Below are positions 8,329 to 17,227 of a DNA stretch of 64,000 nucleotides, piece by piece. The translations under genes were made by a program, and so were the position numbers. Positions within the stretch are counted from its first letter, which is position 1. The number at the start of each line of letters is the position of its first letter. The stretch spans positions 736,001 to 800,000 of the forward strand of contig CAVVJT010000004.1 of assembly GCA_963748625.1 (NCBI GenBank), given 5' to 3'. The DNA comes from an uncultured Chloroflexia bacterium (GTDB taxonomy: Bacteria > Chloroflexota > Limnocylindria > Limnocylindrales > CSP1-4). The notes under the pieces are model-generated. The model did no database searches. It saw only the letters and a list, made by a program, of their open reading frames with translations, and was not told the origin of the DNA.

Positions 8329-9954
8329 TCAGCTCTCTCCGGTGGCGGCGATGGGACGCTCGAAGGTCGCGGCACCCGTGAGCGCCGGGATGCGGACGAT
8401 GATACGCGTGCCGGGGCCATCGGGGCGCTCCACCGCGAATGTCCCTCCCATACCGACGGAGCGGTCACGCATGTTGGTCAGGCCCTGGTGGCGGCCGAAG
8501 GCATCGGGGCCCGCGACAGTGAGCGGGTCGAAGCCGCGTCCGTTGTCCTCGATGCACAGCACCAGCTGGTCATCGTCGTCGGCAAGGATCAGCGCTGTTC
8601 GCGTGGCACCGGAGTGCCGGGCGACATTCGAGAGCGCCTCGCGCGCGATGAACAGCAGGTCGGATCGCTGGTCCGGAGGCAGCGCCCGCATCCGGTCCGC
8701 GCCGCCCTCGAGATCCACCTCGAGGTCGATCACGGCGTGCATGCCCAACTCCTCGCCGAGGCGGGCGAGGGCCTCCACCGGGTCCTCGGGGCCGCCCAGG
8801 GCCGGCCGCAGGCGGAGGATGTAGGACCGGATGTCCGCGATCACGAGGTTCAGGGCATCGATCGCCCGGTCGACCCTGGCGATGGCGTCGGCGCGACCGT
8901 CCTCATCCTCCACGAGCTCCGGCACGTCCTCGAGCGCGAGGCCCACGGCGTAGATGCTCTGGATGATCCCGTCGTGGAGGTCCTTGCCGATCCGCTCCCG
9001 CTCCTCGACCACCGCCATTCGCTGCACCTGGTCGTGCAGGCGCGCGTTCTCGATGGCGATGCCCGCGTGGACCGCGAACATCTCGACCATCCGCTCGTCC
9101 TCGGTGGTGAACGGCTCGTCGCCGGGCTTGTCGGCGAGATACAGGTTGCCCACCGACCGTCCCTTGACCAGCACGGGTGCGCCCAGGAAGGACGTCATCA
9201 CCGGGTGGTGCGGGGGGAAACCGTAGCTGCCCGGATGCTGGGTGATGTCCTCGGAGCGGACGACCTGGGCCTCACGGATGATCAGGCCGAGCAGACCGTG
9301 CCCCTTGGGGACTGGGCCGATCGCCGCCCGATCCACAGCCGAGATCCCACTCGTGATGAAACGCTCGATCCGGCCCCGGCCATCGGCGATACCGAGCGCC
9401 GCGAACCGGGCGCCGACAAGGTCGCGCACGCGGTCCACGATCAGGCCGAGGACCCGGTCGATGTCCAGTTCGGCCGCGATGGCCCGGGTGGCCGACTCGA
9501 GTGCCACCAGGCGCTCGGCATGGCCGTGGGCCTCCGCCCCGGACCAGGCCGCCTCCACAACGAACTCCAGGCCGCGCGCAAGCTGCTCCGCACCGGCGTC
9601 GTCCGCAGCGTCCACGTGCACTGTGCCCAGCGTCGCGTGGCCGGCGTGCGCGCCGAGCGCGAAGCGGCGATAGTCCGCGAGGACGTCCGCAGCGGGCAGG
9701 GGCGCGAGGGTTCCGGCCGCCACCTGGAGCGCCTCGAGCGGCGGGGCGGATACGGCGAGGACCGCACCGTCGACACCCACCACGCGGAGTGTCCCCTCGA
9801 GGGCAGCCTGCAGCCCGGCGAGGTGTTCAGGCGTGCGTCCGGCCTGCCAGCGCTGCAGGGCCTCGAGCATCGCCACCATCGGGAAGGGACCCACACCAGC
9901 CGCTGCCGCAGCCGGTGCGGCAGGGCTCGTGACAGGTCGGCTGGAAGCGGTCAT
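8329..9954 (-). CDS. GAF-domain HisKA_3 sensor kinase (DevS/DosS-like)
   Basis: GAF with FPPHHPVMTSFLG, H-box ERERIGKDLHD, EALSNVARHS, DNGRGF. Leaderless-type -10 TAGGCT lies 7 nt before ATG 9954. Confidence 0.9.
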   Translation of the reverse strand: MTASSRPVTSPAAPAAAAAGVGPFPMVAMLEALQRWQAGRTPEHLAGLQAALEGTLRVVGVDGAVLAVSAPPLEALQVAAGTLAPLPAADVLADYRRFALGAHAGHATLGTVHVDAADDAGAEQLARGLEFVVEAAWSGAEAHGHAERLVALESATRAIAAELDIDRVLGLIVDRVRDLVGARFAALGIADGRGRIERFITSGISAVDRAAIGPVPKGHGLLGLIIREAQVVRSEDITQHPGSYGFPPHHPVMTSFLGAPVLVKGRSVGNLYLADKPGDEPFTTEDERMVEMFAVHAGIAIENARLHDQVQRMAVVEERERIGKDLHDGIIQSIYAVGLALEDVPELVEDEDGRADAIARVDRAIDALNLVIADIRSYILRLRPALGGPEDPVEALARLGEELGMHAVIDLEVDLEGGADRMRALPPDQRSDLLFIAREALSNVARHSGATRTALILADDDDQLVLCIEDNGRGFDPLTVAGPDAFGRHQGLTNMRDRSVGMGGTFAVERPDGPGTRIIVRIPALTGAATFERPIAATGES

Positions 9955-10009
9955 CGCCCGCAGCCTACCAGCCAGCGCCAGAGGACGGGGCACCGGGCAC
10001 AGCGCCTTC

Positions 10010-10044
10010 GGGCCATTGGTCACTTCGCAGGGTACGCTTGTGCC
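10010..10044. promoter_or_regulatory. Tandem DevR-box-like sites between the sensor kinase and multicopper oxidase genes
   Basis: GGGCC-ATTG-GTCAC (10010) and GGTAC-GCTT-GTGCC (10031), 21 bp apart, resemble the DevR core GGGAC-N4-GTCCC. Confidence 0.45.
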
Positions 10045-10100
10045 CGGAACATTCCCCAATCCAACGTCGCGAGATCCTCGCCCACACGACAGGAGTGCCC

Positions 10101-11504
10101 GTGCCCGTGGAGCCGACCGTCTCCCTCACGCCCGCGTCCCCGGCCGAGTCCGAGCAGGACGGCGCCACCGCCACATCCCCGCTGAGCCGCCGCGGGTTCT
10201 TGCGCGTCGCCGGCCTGACCGGTGTCGCTGCGGCCGCTGCCGCCTGCGCCCCGGCCGCCGCCCCGGCCTGGAGCTTCGGTGCCCCGGCGAGCGGTGGGGC
10301 CGCCACCGCGGTTCCGGCGTCGGTCGCCCCGTCCGTCGCACCGTCGGTCGCACCGTCGGTCGCCCCGTCCGTCGCACCGTCGGTCGCACCGTCGGTCGCA
10401 CCGTCGGCTGACCCGAACATGCCGGTCGGCTGGACCGAGCACGACATCAACGCCCGCAACGTCGTCCGCCGCTACGTGGGCAACCTCGCCCCGGCGCTCA
10501 AGGGCATCTTCGACCCGGTTGACCCCGCCATCTTCGAGAAGCTTGCGGAGATCCTCGGTGCCGCGGACGGCTACCCGGAGCTCTCCCAGCCGCCGGCCTT
10601 CGTCCAGGTCCCGCAGTTGATCCTCAACGACGCACTCACGCCGCTCACCCCCACCATGGATGGCGACGTGAAAGTGTTCGAGCTCACGGTCGACGAGTTC
10701 ATGTGGCCCATCGACGAGCTGAAGGCCCCGGTCGCGGCACTCGGTTACAACGCCCAGTGGCCCGGCCCCACGATCACGGTCACCGAGGGTGACAAGCTCC
10801 GGTTCAACTTCACCAACAACCTCAAGGAGACCACGGGCGTCCACTTCCACGGTGTGGAGTTCGCCAACTTCTTCGAGGACGGCGTGCCGTTCGTCACGCA
10901 GCTGCCGATCATCCCCGGCGAGACGTACCCGTACACCTTCGATGCCAGCCGTGACGGCTCCCTGATGTACCACTCGCACCACAACGCGACCGACCAGGTC
11001 GGCCGCGGCCTCCTCGGAGGCTTCGTGGTCAACGCGAAGACGCCCAGCGACCGCTGGGACAGCGAGTACGTCTGGGTCTCCAACGACGCCCTCGGTGGCT
11101 TCACCATCAACGGCCACGGCTTCCCCGCCGTCGTCCCGGTCCTCGCGTACATCGGCGAGCGGATCCTGGTCCGCTTCATGAACGAGGGCTCGATGATGCA
11201 TCCGTGGCACCTCCACGGCTTCAAGATGCGCGTCGTCGCCCGGGACGGCTACCCGCTCGGCGGGGCCGAGTTCGACTGCGACACCCTGGGCGTCAACCCG
11301 GGTGAGCGCTTCGATGTGATCATCACGGCCGACCGGCCGGGCATCTGGGCGTTCCACTGCCACATCCTCCCCCACGTCGAGGGAGCGGACGGCATGTTCG
11401 GCATGGTGAGCACGCTGATGGTGCTGCCCACCAAGGCGGACAAGGACGCGGTGCTCAAGGCCGTCATCGACCAGTACAACCCCGCGCCCATCGTCACGGG
11501 GTAA
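10101..11504 (+). CDS. Tat-exported two-domain multicopper oxidase (type B-like), probable lipoprotein
   Basis: SRRGFLR twin-arginine motif, AAAC lipobox, Cu motifs HFH, HSH, HPWHLHG, HCHILPH...M. RBS AGGAG at 10091. Confidence 0.9.
   Translation: MPVEPTVSLTPASPAESEQDGATATSPLSRRGFLRVAGLTGVAAAAAACAPAAAPAWSFGAPASGGAATAVPASVAPSVAPSVAPSVAPSVAPSVAPSVAPSADPNMPVGWTEHDINARNVVRRYVGNLAPALKGIFDPVDPAIFEKLAEILGAADGYPELSQPPAFVQVPQLILNDALTPLTPTMDGDVKVFELTVDEFMWPIDELKAPVAALGYNAQWPGPTITVTEGDKLRFNFTNNLKETTGVHFHGVEFANFFEDGVPFVTQLPIIPGETYPYTFDASRDGSLMYHSHHNATDQVGRGLLGGFVVNAKTPSDRWDSEYVWVSNDALGGFTINGHGFPAVVPVLAYIGERILVRFMNEGSMMHPWHLHGFKMRVVARDGYPLGGAEFDCDTLGVNPGERFDVIITADRPGIWAFHCHILPHVEGADGMFGMVSTLMVLPTKADKDAVLKAVIDQYNPAPIVTG
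10320..10403 (+). repeat. Coding 12-bp tandem repeat (SVAP x7) in the oxidase linker
   Basis: TCG/TCC GTC GCC/GCA CCG repeated 7 times. Confidence 0.95.
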
Positions 11505-11509
11505 CGGTT

Positions 11510-12016
11510 GTGCCGACCCGGCCGGACACCAGTGCCGTGCCGCGCCAGGCACTGGCGAGTCCGCCCGCGTCCGGCGACCCGCGCAAGCTCCTGCTGGCCA
11601 CGGATCTCTCCGAGGCCAGCCAGGCGGCCACGGACGAGGCATTCGAGCTTGCGAAGCGGCTCGAGGCGTCGCTGCTCGTGGTCTCGGTGATCGACCCGGG
11701 AGCGCTGCAGTTGCCTGGAGGCCGGTTCCGCGCCCGTGTCGACCAGGTCCGGGAGCGGCGTGAGCAGCAGGCGCAGGTCCTCGTGGAGCGTGGCCGCGCC
11801 GAGGGCGTGGACGTCTCGTTCCTCGTGTGGACTGGCGACCCGGGCGACATGATCGTCGAGGCGGCGGAGGCGGAGCGCGTGGACATGGTGCTCGTGGGCA
11901 GCCACGGGCGCGGTGCGGTCGGCCGGTTCTTCCTGGGCAGCGTGTCCGAGCACGTCGTCCGGCACGCCCCCTGCCCGGTCCTCGTGGTCCGGCCGAGGGA
12001 CCCGCTCAGCAACTAG
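11510..12016 (+). CDS. Universal stress protein
   Basis: LLATDLS and LVGSHGRG...FLGSVSEHVVRHAPCPVLVV motifs. Confidence 0.95.
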   Translation: MPTRPDTSAVPRQALASPPASGDPRKLLLATDLSEASQAATDEAFELAKRLEASLLVVSVIDPGALQLPGGRFRARVDQVRERREQQAQVLVERGRAEGVDVSFLVWTGDPGDMIVEAAEAERVDMVLVGSHGRGAVGRFFLGSVSEHVVRHAPCPVLVVRPRDPLSN

Positions 12017-12405
12017 CCCAGAACGCCAGCGCGGTGCGCTGATGGGCCCCGACGGGCCCGTGGACGAGGGTGCTGCCCGAGTGCGCCATGTCACCTGCTC
12101 CCATCCCCTCCGGGAGCGCTCGGCGTCATGGCCACTCCGCCGGCTCCCGGGCTGCACGGGAGGATCCCGTGCTCGCCCTCTATGGCGGCGACGGATGGCA
12201 ATTTGTTCCCTGCGCACGGCCAGATCCGGCGACTTCGTCCCGGCACCCTCGCGATCCAGCAAACGGCTCCGGGTTCGTCGGGCGGGGGCCAGACGGGAAT
12301 CGTGCCGTTTGCCCGTTGTCCGGCCAGGTGGAGACTGCCACTGTGGTCGCGGCCCGATCGGCCAGCATCCACGGGCCGTCCCTGTCGACGAGCGAGGTGG
12401 TCACG

Positions 12406-13953
12406 ATGTGGAGCGCCCGAGCGATCCTGGTCGTCGCGGTGGCGGCTCCGGCCTTGGTCGGGCCCTTGCCAGCACCCTCCCATGGCGCCGCAGCGCCCGC
12501 GATGCCCTCCGATTTCAACGGCGACGGCTACGCGGATCTCGCGATCGGGGTGCCCGGCGAAGGACTCGGCCCGACCAGGCGGTATGCGGGCGCCGTCAAC
12601 GTCCTCTACGGCTCGCCGGGTGGGCTGACGGCGGCTGGCGACCAGTTCTGGAGCCAGGCCAGCGCCGGCGTCAAGGGTGTCGCCGAAGACAACGAGTGGT
12701 TTGGCAGCGCCCTCGCGTCCGGTGACTTCGACCGTGACGGATACGCGGATCTCGCCATCGGCGTCTGGGACCGCGTCGCGGGCTTCAGAGGTGCCGGCGC
12801 AGTCAGCGTGCTCTACGGCTCGGCCGCTGGCCTCACGGCCGATCGCGACCAGCGCTGGACCAAGGAGCATCTCGGGGCTGCCGTGGCGGCAGAGGAGGGC
12901 TTCGGGGACGTCCTTGCGGCCGGCGACCTCAACTCGGATGGCTACGACGACCTTGCCATCGGTGGCCCTGGCGAAGGCGCGTCCACGGGCATCGCCCGGA
13001 TCATGTTCGGAGGCCCGGACGGTCTCATCGCACAGGGGGCACTCACGCTCGAGGCGGCGCAGACGATCCCCGGCTATGACGGAGGTGACGGCGAGGTGTT
13101 CTACGGCGCCGCGCTCGCCATCGCCGACCTCGATGGGAACGGGCGCGCGGACCTGGCGATCGGCGTCCCCGGACATGACATCGGCGCCACCTTCGATGCC
13201 GGAGCGGTGAACGTCCTCTACGGAGGCGTGTCCGGCGTCGGGTCCGCGGGCACAGCCCTCTGGACGCGTGCCTCACCAGGCGTGGCCGGGAAGCCGGATT
13301 ACCAGGACGACTTCGGTGCGCCGCTCGTCGCCGGCGACTTCGACGGCGACGGGTACGCCGACCTGGGAATCGGGGTGGTCGGCGACATGACCGGCGGCCA
13401 CTGGGTCGGCGGTGCGGTCAACGTGCTCTACGGATCTCCGACGGGACTTGCCTCGACGCGCAACCAGCTCTGGCACCAGGACGTGCCGGGCGTCCCGGGC
13501 CGGAGCGGCGAGCACCAGTTCGGCGCCGCACTGGCCGCCAGCGATCTCGATGGCGACGGGCGCTCCGACCTCGCGATCGGCGCGCCGTGGGACACGACGT
13601 CCTGGGTGGGCTCGGTCACCGTCCTTTACGGGACCGCGAGCGGCCTGTCCACGACCGGCGTGCAGCGTTGGACGCAGGACAGCCGCGGCGTGCCGGGAGC
13701 CTCGGAGTCGACCGACCAGTTCGGATCGGCGCTCTCGATCGGCGACTTCGATGGCTCGGGCGTGGGCGACCTGGCCATTGGCGTCCCGTTCGAGTCGATC
13801 CACGCTCGACAGGAGGCCGGCCGGGTCGTCGTCATCTACGGGCGAGCAGGCGGTCTGAGCGCCGGCGGTGCCCAGTCGTGGAGCCAGCGGTCGGCGGGCG
13901 TCAAGGGCATCGCCCAAGCAGAGGACAGCTTCGGCAGCAGCCTGGCGCCCTGA
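12406..13953 (+). CDS. Secreted FG-GAP (integrin alpha-like beta-propeller) repeat protein
   Basis: Signal peptide followed by about 7 DFNGDGYADLAIGVP / FGxAL repeats. RBS GAGGTGG precedes ATG 12406. Confidence 0.9.
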   Translation: MWSARAILVVAVAAPALVGPLPAPSHGAAAPAMPSDFNGDGYADLAIGVPGEGLGPTRRYAGAVNVLYGSPGGLTAAGDQFWSQASAGVKGVAEDNEWFGSALASGDFDRDGYADLAIGVWDRVAGFRGAGAVSVLYGSAAGLTADRDQRWTKEHLGAAVAAEEGFGDVLAAGDLNSDGYDDLAIGGPGEGASTGIARIMFGGPDGLIAQGALTLEAAQTIPGYDGGDGEVFYGAALAIADLDGNGRADLAIGVPGHDIGATFDAGAVNVLYGGVSGVGSAGTALWTRASPGVAGKPDYQDDFGAPLVAGDFDGDGYADLGIGVVGDMTGGHWVGGAVNVLYGSPTGLASTRNQLWHQDVPGVPGRSGEHQFGAALAASDLDGDGRSDLAIGAPWDTTSWVGSVTVLYGTASGLSTTGVQRWTQDSRGVPGASESTDQFGSALSIGDFDGSGVGDLAIGVPFESIHARQEAGRVVVIYGRAGGLSAGGAQSWSQRSAGVKGIAQAEDSFGSSLAP

Positions 13954-14021
13954 CCCGGCAGCAGCCTGGCGCCCTGACCCGGCAGCAGCCTGGCGCCCTG
14001 ACCCGGCAGCGGCCTGGCGCC
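13933..14021 (+). repeat. 24-bp tandem repeat containing the stop codon of the FG-GAP gene
   Basis: GGCAGCAGCCTGGCGCCCTGACCC x3 plus a partial copy. Confidence 0.95.
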
Positions 14022-14064
14022 GTAGGTTCCGCGGGCCACGGCCCATTGGGCGACGTCGCGCCGA

Positions 14065-14844
14065 CTACTTCGTGTAGACGCCCTCGGGATCGAGCTCCTC
14101 GCGGACCAGGCGCAGCTCCTCGGCGGTGGGGGCCGGCGTGACCGTGAGCGATGGGCTGATCTTCGGCTCCCAGGCGATCGTGGACCGGACCTCGTCAAGG
14201 GTCGCCCCCGGGTGCAGGAAGTCCAGCCGCATCTCGCCGGTCTCGTCGAAGTGCCAGATGCCGAGGTCCGTCACCACCACCGATGGTCCGCGCCCGTTCC
14301 AGCCGCCGGCCCTGCGGATCCTCTCGGCCTGCTCGGCGCCGCCGAGGTTGCCGGGCGAGGTCCGGAAGTCGATCTCCTTCACGAAGGAGCGCTGGGACTG
14401 GCGCATGATCACGAAGACCTGCTTCGCGTTGATCGCGATCTCGCAGGCGCCACCGGAGCCCGGGAGGCGTGTCTTGGGCGCGTTGTAGTCACCGATCACG
14501 GTGGAGTTGAGGTTGCCGAACCGGTCGATCTGGGCTGCGCCCAGGAACCCCACGTCGATGAGGCCGCGCTGCAGGTAGAACGCGAACAGCTCGAACATGG
14601 AGACCACGGCCGTGGCGCCGGTGACGATCGTCGGGTCACCGATGGACAGCGGCAGCCGCGCGGGCCGGGCACCGAAGACGCCGGCCTCGTACACGAGCTC
14701 CATGTCCGGGGCGATCGTCCGCTTGGCCAGGTTGACCGCGATGTTGGGCAGGCCCACGCCGACGAAGCAGACGTGCTGCCCCGCGAGCTCGCGGGCCGCC
14801 GCCACGATCATCATCTCGTTCTTGGTGAAGCCGAGGTCGCTCAT
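14065..14844 (-). CDS. CoA-transferase beta subunit (glutaconate/3-oxoadipate CoA-transferase family)
   Basis: FVGVGLP, VYEAG (catalytic Glu region), GAAQIDRFGNLN, GSGGA. Confidence 0.9.
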   Translation of the reverse strand: MSDLGFTKNEMMIVAAARELAGQHVCFVGVGLPNIAVNLAKRTIAPDMELVYEAGVFGARPARLPLSIGDPTIVTGATAVVSMFELFAFYLQRGLIDVGFLGAAQIDRFGNLNSTVIGDYNAPKTRLPGSGGACEIAINAKQVFVIMRQSQRSFVKEIDFRTSPGNLGGAEQAERIRRAGGWNGRGPSVVVTDLGIWHFDETGEMRLDFLHPGATLDEVRSTIAWEPKISPSLTVTPAPTAEELRLVREELDPEGVYTK

Positions 14845-15767
14845 CGGTAGTCACCGTAGTCCACCGAGCCGGACGGAGCCGACCCGGGCTTGAGGGATGC
14901 GATCCGCTCGGCGCCCAGCTTCTGGACGTAGGCCTCGCGACCATCGAGGTCGTAGACCCACTCCCGCAGCCAGGCCTGGGTCTTCTCCTCGTCGCGCGAG
15001 ATCGGGTCCCAGTCCAGGTAGAAGCGGTTGTCACGGTCGTAGCGGCCCTGGACGTAGGAGGGATGGGCACCGAACGGGTCCACCACCACCGCGTCCACGA
15101 TCAGGCCGGGGATCACGGTGCGATTGGGATCCGCCCGGACCACCGACTCCTCGACCAGCTCCTCCACCACCACGATGACGCGGTCGGCGGCGAAGGCGGC
15201 CTCCTTCTGGCAGCCCAGCAGGCCCCAGATCTGGGTGTTGCCGTTGGCATCCGCACGCTGGGCGTGGATCACCGTCACGTCGGGGTTCAGCGGCGGGACC
15301 GCATAGACGACCTCGTCACTGTACGGGCTCTTGATCTCGCGGATCAGCGGGTTGGCCTTGGGCAGGTCGGTCTCGAAGTACGAGCGCAGCGGCATGAACG
15401 GCAGGTTGGCCGCCCCCGCGGTGTAGCGCGAGACCATGCCGAAGTGGCTGTACTCCTCCACCTCGAGCGGGGTGTCCACGACCAGGCTGGCGGGCTCGAT
15501 GCGCCTGCGGATGGCGTTGAGCCCGCCGACGCCGGGGTTGCCGAGCCAGGAGAAGATGAGCTTGCGGGCGACGCCGCCGGCGATCATCTGGTCGTAGATC
15601 AGGTCAGGGGTCATCCGGGCCAGCGTGAGGTCGCGCTTGCGCTGGCGGATGATCTCGTGACCGGCCGAGAAGCCGATGAGGTGCGTGAAGCCCTCGATCG
15701 CGACCGTGTCGCCGTCGCGGACGAGGTCCGTGACGGCATCGCGCATCGAGGCGACCTTGCCGGGCAT
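14841..15767 (-). CDS. CoA-transferase alpha subunit (GctA/CatI-like)
   Basis: DGDTVAIEGF, HEIIRQ, HAQRADANGN, GAHPS...YDRD. Overlaps the beta subunit by ATGA. Confidence 0.9.
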   Translation of the reverse strand: MPGKVASMRDAVTDLVRDGDTVAIEGFTHLIGFSAGHEIIRQRKRDLTLARMTPDLIYDQMIAGGVARKLIFSWLGNPGVGGLNAIRRRIEPASLVVDTPLEVEEYSHFGMVSRYTAGAANLPFMPLRSYFETDLPKANPLIREIKSPYSDEVVYAVPPLNPDVTVIHAQRADANGNTQIWGLLGCQKEAAFAADRVIVVVEELVEESVVRADPNRTVIPGLIVDAVVVDPFGAHPSYVQGRYDRDNRFYLDWDPISRDEEKTQAWLREWVYDLDGREAYVQKLGAERIASLKPGSAPSGSVDYGDYR

Positions 15768-15777
15768 GGCGCCAGCC

Positions 15778-17133
15778 TCAGCCGGCGCCGGTCGCGGCCG
15801 CCACGAGCCCCGCGGCGACCTCGGCATCCATCTCCGCCACATCGGTGGCCCGATGCAGCGCGACGTGCGCAACGGACTCCGAGAAGATCCGGATGGCGGT
15901 CTCCGCCTCCTCCTCGGTGACCACGAGCGGCGGCGACATGCGGACGCAGTCCTCACCCGCCTCGAGGACCAGGAGACCCCGGTCGAAGGCCTGCATCTGC
16001 ACGGCACCGGCGGTCTCGCCCGAGTCGAACTGGATGCCCACCATCAGGCCCTTGCCGCGGACGTCGCGGACCATGCCCGGGTACCTGCTCACCAGCGGCC
16101 GCAGGCCGTCCATGATCTGCGGCCCACGGACGGCCGCGTTGGCCATCAGGCCACCCTCGAGCAGCTTGATGGTCTCCAGGAGCGCGGCGAGCGCCACCGG
16201 GTTGCCGCCATAGGTGGAGCCGTGAGCGCCTGGACCCCAGGTCATCACCGACGACTTGGCGATCATCGCGCCCACCGGCATGCCCGAGCCGATGCCCTTG
16301 GCGGTCAGCAGGATGTCGGGCTCGACGTCCCAGTGCTCGATCGCCCACATCTTGCCCGTGCGCCCGGCGCCCGACTGGACCTCGTCGGCGATCAGCAGGA
16401 TCCCGTGCCTGTCGCACAGGGCCCGCAGGCGCGGCAGGAAGTCGGCATGCGGGACGATGTAGCCACCCTCGCCCTGGATGGGCTCCACGATGATCGCGGC
16501 GAACTCGTCGGCCGGCATCAGGCGCTTGAAGATGCGGTTCTCGATCTCGTCAAGCCCGTCGAGGCCGTACGGGACGTGGTACACGCCGGGCAGCATCGGC
16601 CCGAAGTGGGCGTGGTACTTGGCCTTGGAGCCCGTGAGGCTCACGGCGCCCATCGTGCGGCCGTGGAAGGCGCCCAGGAACGCGATGACGTTCGGGCGGC
16701 GCGTGTGGTAGCGGGCGAGCTTGAGGCCCGCCTCGACAACCTCGGCGCCGCTGTTGCCGATGAAGACGCGGACCGGCTCCTTCATCGGGGCGAGCCGGCC
16801 AAGCTCGGCTGCCGCCTGCGCATAGATCGGCAGGTAGAAGTCGCTCGCGCTGAAGTGCTGGAGCTCGGCGGCCTGGCGCTGGATGGCCGCCACCACGGCG
16901 GGATGGCTGTGGCCGGTGGAGTTCACCGCAATCCCGGCCGCGAAGTCCAGGAAGAGGTTGCCGTCGATGTCCTCGACCCTGCAGCCGAGGCCGCGCACCG
17001 GGACGATCGGGTACGCACGGGGCAGCGACGGACTTGTCCAGGCGTGGTCGAACTCGATGTGCGCGCGGGCCTTGGGGCCGGGCGGCGGCGTCACGATGTC
17101 CGGCACGGGGCGCGCCTGGAGCGGGGTCGTCAC
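15778..17133 (-). CDS. Class III aminotransferase (ornithine / 4-aminobutyrate-like)
   Basis: NSGAE, FHGRT, EPIQGEGG, DEVQSG, AKG (PLP Lys), HGSTYGGNP. RBS GAGGAG precedes GTG 17133. Confidence 0.93.
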   Translation of the reverse strand: MTTPLQARPVPDIVTPPPGPKARAHIEFDHAWTSPSLPRAYPIVPVRGLGCRVEDIDGNLFLDFAAGIAVNSTGHSHPAVVAAIQRQAAELQHFSASDFYLPIYAQAAAELGRLAPMKEPVRVFIGNSGAEVVEAGLKLARYHTRRPNVIAFLGAFHGRTMGAVSLTGSKAKYHAHFGPMLPGVYHVPYGLDGLDEIENRIFKRLMPADEFAAIIVEPIQGEGGYIVPHADFLPRLRALCDRHGILLIADEVQSGAGRTGKMWAIEHWDVEPDILLTAKGIGSGMPVGAMIAKSSVMTWGPGAHGSTYGGNPVALAALLETIKLLEGGLMANAAVRGPQIMDGLRPLVSRYPGMVRDVRGKGLMVGIQFDSGETAGAVQMQAFDRGLLVLEAGEDCVRMSPPLVVTEEEAETAIRIFSESVAHVALHRATDVAEMDAEVAAGLVAAATGAG

Positions 17134-17227
17134 GGGATCTCCTCGCATGCGATGAACGCATAGATGTTATGCAGAGTGAATACGAGTCTACCAGAGCCGC
17201 ACGCCGTTCCGAGGCCTGTGACGCTCG

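Noticed and set aside
10101-11504. Copper nitrite reductase NirK
   Set aside because: Domain 1 lacks the T1 Cys (YHSH), and domain 2 has the HxHG and HCH trinuclear-cluster ligands of an oxidase.
17155-17190. Canonical ArgR (ARG) box upstream of the aminotransferase
   Set aside because: Half-sites resemble TGCAT/ATGCA, but the spacing does not match the 18-bp ARG box. Kept only as an unassigned palindrome.
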